Shown piece after piece: positions 19,368 to 27,983 of a DNA stretch of 64,000 nucleotides. How positions within the stretch are numbered: the stretch's first letter is position 1; each line of letters opens with the position of its first letter. The stretch comes from Candidatus Woesearchaeota archaeon (GTDB lineage Archaea; Nanobdellota; Nanobdellia; Woesearchaeales; JAGLXL01). The position numbers and the translations under genes are program-made. The notes under the pieces are model-generated. The model ran no database searches. It worked only from the letters and a program-made list of their open reading frames with translations, and was not told where the DNA came from. The DNA lies in NCBI GenBank assembly GCA_030640025.1, contig DAOWKC010000002.1, forward strand, positions 68,029 through 132,028, in the 5' to 3' direction.

Positions 19368-19948
19368 GCAAAGAAAATTTATTGAAAGTGCGGGCGATGA
19401 AAAAGAAGAAACAGCCAGTTTTTAGAAGACAAGAGATTACTAAAAAGAAAAAAACAAGGAATAATCCAAGCTGGAGAAGGCCAAAGGGCATCCAATCAAA
19501 ATTAAGATTAAATAAAAAAGGGCATGAAGCCAAACCAAGAAAAGGCTGGGGCTCACCTAAAGAAGTAAGGGGTTTGCATAAATCTGGATTAAATTTTGTT
19601 TTAGTCTGCAGTTTTAATGATTTAAATAATCTGAAAAAAGAAGAAGATGGTGTAGTGATCGGCAGTAAAGTCGGCAAAAGAAAAAAATTAGATTTGATTA
19701 AAAAAGCTGAAGAAAAAGGTTTGCAGATTTTGAATATTAGAGATACAAAAGCTTTTGTTGAGAAAGTCAAGAAAGAAAGAGAAGAATCAAAAAAGAGGAG
19801 TGAAGAAAGAAAGACTAAAGCAGAGAAAAGCAAGAAAAAAGCCAAGCCAAAGGAAGCAAAGAAAGAAACAAAAGAAGAAGTGAATGAAGAAGACAAGAAG
19901 AAAGAAGATAAAAAGGAAAAAGATAAAATTTTGACTAAGAAGAGCTAA
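19364..19948 (+). CDS. rpl32e: 50S ribosomal protein L32e with K/E-rich tail
   Basis: WRRPKGIQSK, GWGSP, RGLHKSG. Confidence 0.95.
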   Translation: MSKENLLKVRAMKKKKQPVFRRQEITKKKKTRNNPSWRRPKGIQSKLRLNKKGHEAKPRKGWGSPKEVRGLHKSGLNFVLVCSFNDLNNLKKEEDGVVIGSKVGKRKKLDLIKKAEEKGLQILNIRDTKAFVEKVKKEREESKKRSEERKTKAEKSKKKAKPKEAKKETKEEVNEEDKKKEDKKEKDKILTKKS

Positions 19949-19949
19949 A

Positions 19950-20411
19950 ATGGAATTAAAAAATCAAAAAAGGTTAGCTGCGGAAATTTTGAAATGTTCA
20001 ACCAAGAAGATTCACTTTGATCCTGAAAATCTGGGTGATATCCAAGAAGCAATCACCAGAGCAGATATTAAATCCTTGATTAATCAGGGAATTATTTCAG
20101 TTAAGAAAAAAGGTTATAATTCAAGAGTACGGGCAAGAAAAATTTTGAGACAAAAGAGAAAGGGCAGCCGGAGAGGAGCAGGAAGCAGAAAAGGAAGCAA
20201 GTATGCAAGATTAGGGAAGAAAGAAGCCTGGATGTCCAAAATCAGAGCTCAAAGAGAACTTTTGAAAAAATTAAGAGACCGTGAGATGATTGAGAAAAAA
20301 ACCTATCGAGATTTATATTTGAAAGCCAAAGGCGGCTTTTTCAGAAATAAAAGACACATTAAGTTGTATATGGAAGAACATAAACTATTGAAAGATGAGA
20401 AAAAAGCCTAA
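19950..20411 (+). CDS. rpl19e: 50S ribosomal protein L19e
   Basis: QKRLAA, GSRKG, AKGGFF. Confidence 0.97.
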   Translation: MELKNQKRLAAEILKCSTKKIHFDPENLGDIQEAITRADIKSLINQGIISVKKKGYNSRVRARKILRQKRKGSRRGAGSRKGSKYARLGKKEAWMSKIRAQRELLKKLRDREMIEKKTYRDLYLKAKGGFFRNKRHIKLYMEEHKLLKDEKKA

Positions 20412-20883
20412 AGTAGTAGCATTCAGAAGAGTAAGACAAGGAAAAACTGATTACCGGAAACGGTTGAAGTTTTTATCAGCTGGCAAACCAAGGTTAGTTA
20501 TTAGAGTAACTTTGAGTAAGATTATTGGCCAGATTATTGGCTATAATCCAGAAGGCGACAAGGTTTTAGCAGGATTGAGCTCCCAAGCTTTGGAGAAATT
20601 AGGTTGGCAAGGAAGCAAGAAAAATCTGCCAGCAGCTTATTTGACTGGATATTTATTGGCTAAAGAAGCAGTGAAAAAAGGTGTTAAAGAAGTTATTTTA
20701 GATATTGGTTTTAAGCCGTCGATTAAGGGCAATAAAATTTATGCTTGTGTAGCTGGAGCAATTGAAGGTGGTTTAGGAATTAATTGTGATAAGGAAATGC
20801 TGCCAGCAGAAGACAGGATTAAAGGCAAACACATTAAACCGGAAATTGAAAAAATGTTTGAAGAGGTTAAAAAGAAGATCTAA
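20395..20883 (+). CDS. rpl18: 50S ribosomal protein L18
   Basis: GKTDYRKR, NLPAAYLTG. Confidence 0.97.
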   Translation: MRKKPKVVAFRRVRQGKTDYRKRLKFLSAGKPRLVIRVTLSKIIGQIIGYNPEGDKVLAGLSSQALEKLGWQGSKKNLPAAYLTGYLLAKEAVKKGVKEVILDIGFKPSIKGNKIYACVAGAIEGGLGINCDKEMLPAEDRIKGKHIKPEIEKMFEEVKKKI

Positions 20884-20884
20884 A

Positions 20885-21709
20885 ATGGAAAAGGAAAAAC
20901 TACCTGACAAGGAAGAGAGCAAAAGAGAATCAGACCAGGAAGCAGAAGAGTTAGAAGAAAAAGAAATTGTTGAACCAGAAAAAAAGGTTGAGGTAGAAAA
21001 AACACCAACTGAAGTTTTGAAAGAGGGCTGGAAGCCAAAAACTGAACTGGGCAAGAAGGTTTTATCAGGTGGAATTACTGATATTGATGAGATTTTAGAC
21101 CGGGGTAAATTAATCTTAGAACCTGAAATTGTAGAGGTCTTGCTGCCTGAATTGGAAAATGATTTGTTATTGGTTGGTCAGTCGAGAGGTAAGTTTGGCG
21201 GTGGACAGCGGAGAATTTTCAAACAAACACAGAAAAAAACCCCAGAAGGAAATAAGATTTCATTTACAACTTATGCTATTGTAGGCAATAATAATGGTTA
21301 TATTGGCTTGGGCTGGGGCAAGAGCAATGAAACAGTTCCAGCTCGTGATAAAGCGAATAGGGAAGCAAAATTAAGTATTAAAAAAATCAGAAGAGGCTGC
21401 GGAAGCTGGTTGTGCGGATGTAAGAATCCACATTCAATTCCATTTAAGGTTAAGGGTAAAAGTGGATCAGTCATTGTTGAGTTGATACCAGCACCAAAGG
21501 GCAAGGGTTTGATTATTGAAGAAGAATGCGGCAAGATGCTAAAATTAGCAGGCATTAATGATGTTTTTTGTAAAACAACCGGGAAAACCAAAACAAAGAT
21601 TAATTTAGTCAGAGCTTGTTTTAATGCTTTGAAAAATTTGATGGAAGTTAAAGCTAATCCTAATTTTTCCCCGAATGTGGGATTGATGGAAGGGAAGGTA
21701 AAACAATGA
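20885..21709 (+). CDS. rps5: 30S ribosomal protein S5
   Basis: WKPKTELG, RRGCGSW, PAPKGKGL. Confidence 0.97.
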   Translation: MEKEKLPDKEESKRESDQEAEELEEKEIVEPEKKVEVEKTPTEVLKEGWKPKTELGKKVLSGGITDIDEILDRGKLILEPEIVEVLLPELENDLLLVGQSRGKFGGGQRRIFKQTQKKTPEGNKISFTTYAIVGNNNGYIGLGWGKSNETVPARDKANREAKLSIKKIRRGCGSWLCGCKNPHSIPFKVKGKSGSVIVELIPAPKGKGLIIEEECGKMLKLAGINDVFCKTTGKTKTKINLVRACFNALKNLMEVKANPNFSPNVGLMEGKVKQ

Positions 21710-22053
21710 CTAAAACAGCTGTTATTTTAATCAGGAGCAAGATTGGATTCACTCAAGGAGTTAAAGATACCTTGAAGATGTTGGGCTTTAGAAGAAAAAA
21801 TAATTGTGTGATTTTAGAGGCAAAACCTGAATTAAAAGGTATGATTATTAAAGTAAAAGATTTAGTAACTTGGGGTGAAGTAAGCGAAGAAACTTTGAAA
21901 GAAATGGAAAAAAGGAAGAAAGGTAAAGTGTATTTTTTGCATCCTCCTCGGAAAGGTTTTGGAAGAAAGGGAATCAAAGTACCGTTTAAAGTAGGCGGTG
22001 GATTAGGTTATCGGGGAGATAAGATTAATGATTTGATCAAGAGGATGTTATAA
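21706..22053 (+). CDS. rpl30: 50S ribosomal protein L30 (compact)
   Basis: DTLKML, LHPPRKG, GYRGDKIN. Confidence 0.94.
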   Translation: MTKTAVILIRSKIGFTQGVKDTLKMLGFRRKNNCVILEAKPELKGMIIKVKDLVTWGEVSEETLKEMEKRKKGKVYFLHPPRKGFGRKGIKVPFKVGGGLGYRGDKINDLIKRML

Positions 22054-22604
22054 TGGTTGTTGGTAAAAGAAATAAGCGGAGCAGGTATCGCGGAAGCCAC
22101 ACTCATGGCGGCGGAGCCAAGAAGAAGAGGAGAGGAGCTGGCAATCGAGGAGGCCGAGGCAGAGGTGGTTTTGGTAAGAGAGGCCAGCAGAGGATGCCGA
22201 CTGCTCAAGCGCGCAAGGAGAAGTTAGGCAAAAGGGGATTTATTCATCATGGTGTTAAAAAGGATTTGAAAGGTATTAATTTAGGTGATTTTAGTAGATT
22301 GTTGGAGAAAGGTTTGGTTAAAAATGAAGGAGTTGTTGATTTAAATAAATTAGGTTATAAATTACTAAGCAGCGGAGATATCAAAGTTAAAATTCAAGTT
22401 AAAGGCCAGGTTTCCAAAAAGGCTGAAGAAAAAATTATTAAAGCTGGCGGCGAAGTTTTGAAAGAAGCACAGAGAGGCAAAGCCTCTGGTGCCCCTGAAG
22501 GGGAGAAGAAAGTTTCAGAGACACGTGAAGGCGAGCCTCTGGCACCACGTAAAGTGGCTTCAGTGCCTCGCAAGGAGGAGCCTAAAGGTGAAAAAGAACA
22601 ATGA
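22053..22604 (+). CDS. rpl15: 50S ribosomal protein L15 with hairpin-encoded tail
   Basis: RGSHTHGGG, GGRG, KAGGEV followed by extension. Confidence 0.95.
   Translation: MVVGKRNKRSRYRGSHTHGGGAKKKRRGAGNRGGRGRGGFGKRGQQRMPTAQARKEKLGKRGFIHHGVKKDLKGINLGDFSRLLEKGLVKNEGVVDLNKLGYKLLSSGDIKVKIQVKGQVSKKAEEKIIKAGGEVLKEAQRGKASGAPEGEKKVSETREGEPLAPRKVASVPRKEEPKGEKEQ
22461..22578. repeat. serial-hairpin array translated within rpl15 tail
   Basis: AGAGGC-AAA-GCCTCT, CCCC-TGAA-GGGG, CCAC-GTAAA-GTGG, CCTC-GCAAG-GAGG; shares modules with rps3 and rpl22 tails. Confidence 0.85.
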
Positions 22605-23995
22605 GTTTCCTAGATGATTTATTAGCAAATCTGCCCGAAGTCAAGGGGCCAATGCAAAAAAGGCTTTCTTTTAAAGAGAAATTAAAATGGACTTTAGTTG
22701 TTCTCTTGTTGTTTTTTATTATGGGTTTGGTGCCTTTGTTTGGTTTAGGACAAAATGCTCTGCAGCAATTTGAATTTTTATCAATTATCTTAGGTGCTTC
22801 ATTTGGGAGTATTTTATCTTTAGGTATTGGGCCAATTGTAACTGCATCCATTGTTTTGCAATTGTTAAGCGGCTCCGGCATTATGAAGCTGGACCTGACT
22901 TCCCCAGACGGAAGAAAAAGATTTCAAGGACTGCAGAAGGTTTTGTCGATATTTTTTATTGTTTTTGAAGCAGGGATTTATGTTTTTATGGGTGGTTTGG
23001 CGCCAGCAGCGGAATTGGCAGGAACAAGTTTGTTTTTTCAAATAGAGTTGATATTAGTTTTTCAACTTATTTTAGGCGGCATCTTGATTATGTTTATGGA
23101 TGAAGTTGTTTCAAAATGGGGTTTTGGTTCTGGACTTTCTTTGTTTATTGCAGCAGGTGTTTCACAGCAGATTTTCTTAAGAGCGTTGAATCCCTTGCCA
23201 AGTCCATTAAATCCAGAAATTGCTTCAGGAGCGATTCCAGCATTATTTCAATCCTTGACTAGCGGGGATCCAGTAACAGCTGGTCTGCAGATAGCAGCTT
23301 TGGTAAGCACGATTGTAGTTTTCTTGATTGTAGTTTACACGCAGTCAATGAAGGTTGAGATTCCCTTGTCCTTTGGTCGAGTGCGAGGCCATGGGATTAG
23401 ATGGCCATTGAATTTTTTCTATACTTCAAATATTCCAGTAATTTTAGTGGCAGCTTTGTTAGCTAATGTTCAGTTATGGGCGCGATTAGTTGAGAGATGG
23501 ATTGGCCATGCAACTTTTTTAGGCGGCTTTAGCGGCAATACAGCAGTAACCGGGTTAGCAGCCTGGATTAATTCACCAGATATTGTAGGGACTTTAATTA
23601 AAGGCGGTTTAAGGTTGGCAGATATTGGCCAAGCAGGGATTTATGTTTTGATAATGGTAGCTGGTTCAATTGTATTTTCAATATTTTGGATGCAGACAGC
23701 AAATATGGATGCGCGTTCACAAGCAAATCAAATCATGTCATCTGGTCTGCAGATTCCTGGTTTCAGGCGTGATCCTCGGGTTTTAGAAAGTATTTTGAAA
23801 AGATATATCTGGCCATTAACAGTAATGGGTGGAGCAGCAGTTGGTTTAGTGGCAGCTTTAGCTGATTTAACTGGGGCTTTGTCGCGAGGAACTGGTATTT
23901 TGCTGGCAGTCATGATTGTTTACAAGTTATATGAAGAGATTGCCAAGCAGCACATGATGGACATGCATCCAATGATGCGTAAATTCATGGAATGA
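22601..23995 (+). CDS. secY: preprotein translocase subunit SecY
   Basis: LGIGPIVTASI, GSGLSLFIA, YTSNIPVI, IPGFRRD. Confidence 0.98.
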   Translation: MSFLDDLLANLPEVKGPMQKRLSFKEKLKWTLVVLLLFFIMGLVPLFGLGQNALQQFEFLSIILGASFGSILSLGIGPIVTASIVLQLLSGSGIMKLDLTSPDGRKRFQGLQKVLSIFFIVFEAGIYVFMGGLAPAAELAGTSLFFQIELILVFQLILGGILIMFMDEVVSKWGFGSGLSLFIAAGVSQQIFLRALNPLPSPLNPEIASGAIPALFQSLTSGDPVTAGLQIAALVSTIVVFLIVVYTQSMKVEIPLSFGRVRGHGIRWPLNFFYTSNIPVILVAALLANVQLWARLVERWIGHATFLGGFSGNTAVTGLAAWINSPDIVGTLIKGGLRLADIGQAGIYVLIMVAGSIVFSIFWMQTANMDARSQANQIMSSGLQIPGFRRDPRVLESILKRYIWPLTVMGGAAVGLVAALADLTGALSRGTGILLAVMIVYKLYEEIAKQHMMDMHPMMRKFME

Positions 23996-24047
23996 ATTTA
24001 CGTAGAAAATCTCTAAAAAGATTTTCGTGTGTAAATTTATGGGGTAA
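23977..24047. mobile_element. hairpin insertion duplicating secY 3' end
   Basis: GTAAATTCATGG (23979-90) vs GTAAATTTATGG-GGTAA (24031-47); CGTAAATTCAT-GGA-ATGAATTTACG fold-back. Confidence 0.65.
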
Positions 24048-24080
24048 TCTTTATAAATGAGGGTTAAACTGAGTTAAAAT

Positions 24081-24131
24081 ATGAAAATTTCCTTGAAATT
24101 TTCAAGGTTTAAAAACCAGAGGTCTTCAAAC
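24081..24131. repeat. hairpin module upstream of DUF106 gene
   Basis: TGAAAATTTC-CTT-GAAATTTTCA plus GTTTAAAAACCAGAGGTCTTCAAAC. Confidence 0.75.
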
Positions 24132-24133
24132 AA

Positions 24134-24895
24134 ATGGGATTTTTCGGCAGTTTATTGGATCCGGTATTGAACCCCTTGCTGGGTTTAGGGCCAATCTGGG
24201 CTCTTTTGGTTATTTCAATAATTATTTCTCTGTTAGTTACTTTGGTCTATAAGTTTGCAACTAACCAAGAAAAGATGAAGGAATTAAAGTTAGAGATGAA
24301 AGCAAGCCAGAAGCAAATGAAAGAACTGAAGAATGAGCCAGAGAAAGTGATGGTGATGCAGAAAGAATCCATGAAGAAAAATATGGAATACATGAAGCAT
24401 AGTTTTAAAGCAACTTTGATTACTTTATTGCCGATTTTAATTGTTTTTGGCTGGATGCAGGCGCATTTGGCTTTTATGCCGATTATGCCAGGTGATGAAT
24501 TTACTATTACCACAAGCTTTATTGAAGATTTAGAAGGTGAGGTTGAGATTGTCTTGCCAGAACAAATTGAAAATTTAGGTGAAGATAAACAAGAAGTTAA
24601 AGGTGATGTGGTATGGGGGTTAAAGGCTTTGGAAGAGGGCAGTTATTTTATTGATTTTAAGAATAAAAGAAAGGTGGTTTCAAAAGAAGTTATAGTGAGT
24701 GAGAGTTTGGAATATGCTGAACAGATTGAAGATAAATGGAAAAAAACATTTGGAGTGATTAAAATTGATTATCAGAAAATGACTCCGTTAGGTGAGTTTG
24801 ATATCTTGGGCTGGCAGCCAGGATGGTTAGCTTTATATATTATCTTTTCACTGGTCTTTAGCATGTCTTTGCGAAAGATATTGAGGTTATACTAA
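24134..24895 (+). CDS. DUF106 / EMC3-TMCO1 (Oxa1 superfamily) membrane insertase with extracytoplasmic insert
   Basis: TM, coiled coil MKELK...QK, TLLPILIVFGW, GWLALYIIFS; canonical position after secY. Confidence 0.9.
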   Translation: MGFFGSLLDPVLNPLLGLGPIWALLVISIIISLLVTLVYKFATNQEKMKELKLEMKASQKQMKELKNEPEKVMVMQKESMKKNMEYMKHSFKATLITLLPILIVFGWMQAHLAFMPIMPGDEFTITTSFIEDLEGEVEIVLPEQIENLGEDKQEVKGDVVWGLKALEEGSYFIDFKNKRKVVSKEVIVSESLEYAEQIEDKWKKTFGVIKIDYQKMTPLGEFDILGWQPGWLALYIIFSLVFSMSLRKILRLY

Positions 24896-24896
24896 A

Positions 24897-25217
24897 ATGG
24901 TAGGAGTTCAGAAAAAATCAAAATTCAAGAAAGTTGACAGGGGGGGTCGTTTTGGCAGATTTAAGTCTAGGCAAAGCAGAAGAATGGTTTCAACTAAAGT
25001 GCCAGGCGGTCGAACTGTAGTTCATTTCAAAGAGAAGCAGCCTTCAAAAGCTAAATGTGGTGGCTGCGGCAAGGTTTTGGCTGGAGTTGCCCGAGCAAGA
25101 CCTCATAAGATGAGAAAAATGGCTAAGACCAAGAAAAGGCCGACTCGCCCATATGGCGGTAATTTATGTTCACCATGTATGAGAAAGAAGATTTTAGCAG
25201 GTGTTCGAAATGTTTGA
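24897..25217 (+). CDS. rpl34e: 50S ribosomal protein L34e
   Basis: PGGRTVVH, CGGCG, RPYGGNLCSPC. Confidence 0.95.
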   Translation: MVGVQKKSKFKKVDRGGRFGRFKSRQSRRMVSTKVPGGRTVVHFKEKQPSKAKCGGCGKVLAGVARARPHKMRKMAKTKKRPTRPYGGNLCSPCMRKKILAGVRNV

Positions 25218-25590
25218 AGTAGGAAGAATGTGCGTTAAGATTGCTGGCAGAGATGCTGGCAAGAAATGTGTGATAGTTGATGTTATTGATGAGAATCATG
25301 TGATGATTGATGGTGAGACTCGACGTCGTAAGTGTAATGTTCAACACTTGGAAGTTTTGGAGCAAGTAATTAAGATTAAGAAAGGGGCTTCTCATGATGA
25401 AGTTGTTAAGGAGTTTGAGAAATTAGGTTTGAAGGCTCTGGTAACTAAGAAAAAGGCTAAGACTGAAAGGCCTAGAAAGGTTAGGAAGAAGAAAGTAAAG
25501 CCTGTTGAAGAGAAAAAAGAAACTGAGAAGCCTAAAGAAGAGAAAACAGAGACTAAAGAAGAAGTAAAGGCTGAAGAAGAAAAAAAATGA
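25210..25590 (+). CDS. rpl14e: 50S ribosomal protein L14e
   Basis: VGRMCVKIAGRDAG, RRRKCNVQHLE. Confidence 0.96.
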   Translation: MFEVGRMCVKIAGRDAGKKCVIVDVIDENHVMIDGETRRRKCNVQHLEVLEQVIKIKKGASHDEVVKEFEKLGLKALVTKKKAKTERPRKVRKKKVKPVEEKKETEKPKEEKTETKEEVKAEEEKK

Positions 25591-26219
25591 CTGAATTGAT
25601 TTACTATCAAGATCAGTATAAAAAAGAGATTGAGGCTAAAGTTCTTAAAATTGAGGGCAATCGAATTCTTTTAGACAAAACAATTTTTATTCCACAAACT
25701 AATACAGAACCAGGAGATTTTGGGAAAATAAATAATATGAGAATTGTAGGTTCTAAAAAAGATGGCAATGATGTTTGGCATATTATTCCAAAACAAACTC
25801 CATTTGAGGTGGATGAAACAGTAAAACTCGAGTTGGATTGGAATAAAAGATTGGCGGCGATGAGATTGCATTCAGCACTTCATTTATTGGCTGGGCCTTT
25901 TGATAAAAACTTTGGAAAAAGACCAGTGGCAGGAACTGTAAAGGGAAATCAAGCGGATTTAGTTTTTAAGGAAGAGGTCTCAGATGAAATTATTAATAAA
26001 TCTTTAGAACAAGCAAACAAAGATATAGAAATGGGTTTAGAAATTAAGAGTTATTGGGATGAAAAACGTGAAGGATTTAGATGGACACAAGTTGGAGAAT
26101 ACATACCAATTCCAGATGGTGGACTTCATGTTAAAAATACCAAGGAAATTGGAAAGATTAGTTTTGTTAGTAAAGAGATGGAAGAAGGAAAACAAAAAGT
26201 TACTATTTCTGTTGAATGA
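25587..26219 (+). CDS. alaX: AlaX-type tRNA editing protein (CxxxH Cys replaced by Asp)
   Basis: TELIYYQD, LDKTIF, MRLHSALH, DGGLHV. Confidence 0.85.
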   Translation: MTELIYYQDQYKKEIEAKVLKIEGNRILLDKTIFIPQTNTEPGDFGKINNMRIVGSKKDGNDVWHIIPKQTPFEVDETVKLELDWNKRLAAMRLHSALHLLAGPFDKNFGKRPVAGTVKGNQADLVFKEEVSDEIINKSLEQANKDIEMGLEIKSYWDEKREGFRWTQVGEYIPIPDGGLHVKNTKEIGKISFVSKEMEEGKQKVTISVE

Positions 26220-26223
26220 TGAT

Positions 26224-27870
26224 TTATTTTATAAATTCAAATAATTCAGTCAAATTGATTTCTAAAGCTGTAACAGGCATGGTGAGTTCCCAGTTTTTAA
26301 GAACTTCAGGACTGATTTCTCCAATGTAAGCGAGTTTTTTGTCTTGGACTGAGATACGGCCAACACGGCCTGGGATGAAACTGGAGTGTTCGGTTTCTTC
26401 GATGGTATATTCTTTGTCTAAAGTGTGGAAAAAAGCATCCATGATTTGTTTGATTTCTGTATAATCTGTTTTTTCATGACAAAGTAGGATAGAAACTCGT
26501 TGATATTCTTTAACGCCTGTTTCAGTTTCCTTGTCTTTTTTGAAAACAGTGCCGATTTCAAAGATGTTTTGGGGATAATCATGATGTTGGTTTTCAGAGA
26601 GGACTTTTAATCCACTGGGAATGAGCCAGTTTCTGAGATGATTGTAATCACCAAGAGCATTTTTGAGTGGAATAGGTGGATAATCTAAATTCATTTTTTG
26701 ATTTAATTCTTCTTTTGACAAGAGGTGGTATGATTTAGTTTCTTGGAGTTTGAAGCCGACAAGAATGTTTCTGACTTTGATAAGGAATTTTTGAAAAGGA
26801 TCTTCCTGGCCAATAGTGGCGACACTAGGTATTTCCGGCTCGAAGTTTTCATAGCCATAAGCAATGGCAATATCTTCGACTAAATCAATGGGGTGGAGGA
26901 CATCAGCACGGTAAGCAGGAACAAGAGCTTTTTTGTCTTGGTAGCCGTAGCCCATGGCTTCGAGATATTTTTGTAATTGTTTTTCATCCAGGTCAAGGCC
27001 GAGGATTTTGTTAACATAGTTTAGAGAAATTTTCATTTCTTCTGGCTCGAGATTAGGTGAGAGGCAAGTTGTTCTGGGGTAATGAAGTTCTAAAGAATTG
27101 ATTTCACCGCCCATGTCAGCCAGAGCAGTGACGATAATGTTGAGGCATTTTCTTAAGACATTGTAATCAAAACCAGAACATTCAATAAAGACATCTTTGG
27201 TTTGTTCTGAAATTTTGCCAGTTAAATGAGAGTTAATGATTGGCGGCAGGCTGAGGATTTGGTCGTTGGCATCAATAAAGATGGGGAATTTTTCCAAGCC
27301 CTCCAAGAGGTGGCCATAGTCTCTGCCGGTTTTGTGTTGTGATAGAATCTGTAAAGCGGTCATTTCTCGGTCTGATTCTAAAGGTTGAAATTTGATTTGA
27401 TCTGGTTCTCGGGCCAGGTAACGGATTGGGAATTGAATTTTTTCTAAAGGATAGACTCCGATGGCACATTTTTTTCTATTTCGGCCATAAGTGATGTGGA
27501 GTTTTTCCTGGATTTGGATAATCTCTTTGATGTTTTCATCGTTGAATTTGAGATTTTTGACCACAGCACAGGCAGTATATGGTCGGATGTTGGTGACAGA
27601 CGGTTCGATAATGACTCGGTCAGTAGTTTTAGTGACTGGGTAAGGTCTTAAGCCAGGTTTGACTCCAATAAATGAGGAGAAAGCACGGGCAAAGCCTTGT
27701 TCTGAAAGCAGGTCTGGTCTGTTGGGAAAGATTTCAACTATGATTTCATTTTCATTGACTTCTTCGAGGTCAGTGCCAAGCATGGAGATGCGGTCTTGGA
27801 GCTGTTCATCTGGTAATTTCTTGCCGACAAGCATTTCAAAGACTTTTCTGTTTAAGGTTATGCTGGGCAT
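26224..27870 (-). CDS. pheT: phenylalanine--tRNA ligase beta subunit
   Basis: PNRPDLLS, PPIINS, YRADVLHPIDLVEDIAIAYGY. Confidence 0.97.
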   Translation of the reverse strand: MPSITLNRKVFEMLVGKKLPDEQLQDRISMLGTDLEEVNENEIIVEIFPNRPDLLSEQGFARAFSSFIGVKPGLRPYPVTKTTDRVIIEPSVTNIRPYTACAVVKNLKFNDENIKEIIQIQEKLHITYGRNRKKCAIGVYPLEKIQFPIRYLAREPDQIKFQPLESDREMTALQILSQHKTGRDYGHLLEGLEKFPIFIDANDQILSLPPIINSHLTGKISEQTKDVFIECSGFDYNVLRKCLNIIVTALADMGGEINSLELHYPRTTCLSPNLEPEEMKISLNYVNKILGLDLDEKQLQKYLEAMGYGYQDKKALVPAYRADVLHPIDLVEDIAIAYGYENFEPEIPSVATIGQEDPFQKFLIKVRNILVGFKLQETKSYHLLSKEELNQKMNLDYPPIPLKNALGDYNHLRNWLIPSGLKVLSENQHHDYPQNIFEIGTVFKKDKETETGVKEYQRVSILLCHEKTDYTEIKQIMDAFFHTLDKEYTIEETEHSSFIPGRVGRISVQDKKLAYIGEISPEVLKNWELTMPVTALEINLTELFEFIK

Positions 27871-27879
27871 TTTTTATTT

Positions 27880-27983
27880 GTTTGAAAACCTCCAGTTTTT
27901 AAACACAAAGAAATGCTTTACATTTCTTGTGTCCCAAAAATCTTTGATTTTTCTGGACACTGAAAATTTTTTCAAAATTTTCA
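27880..27983. repeat. four-hairpin element between pheS and pheT
   Basis: Modules shared with 13895-13924, 15507-15527 (20/21, inverted), 18407-18430 and 24107-24131. Confidence 0.85.

Noticed and set aside
19780-19948. K/E-rich tails of L32e (also L14e and the S5 N-terminus) as hairpin-family insertions
   Set aside because: Purine-rich low-complexity sequence without inverted repeats.
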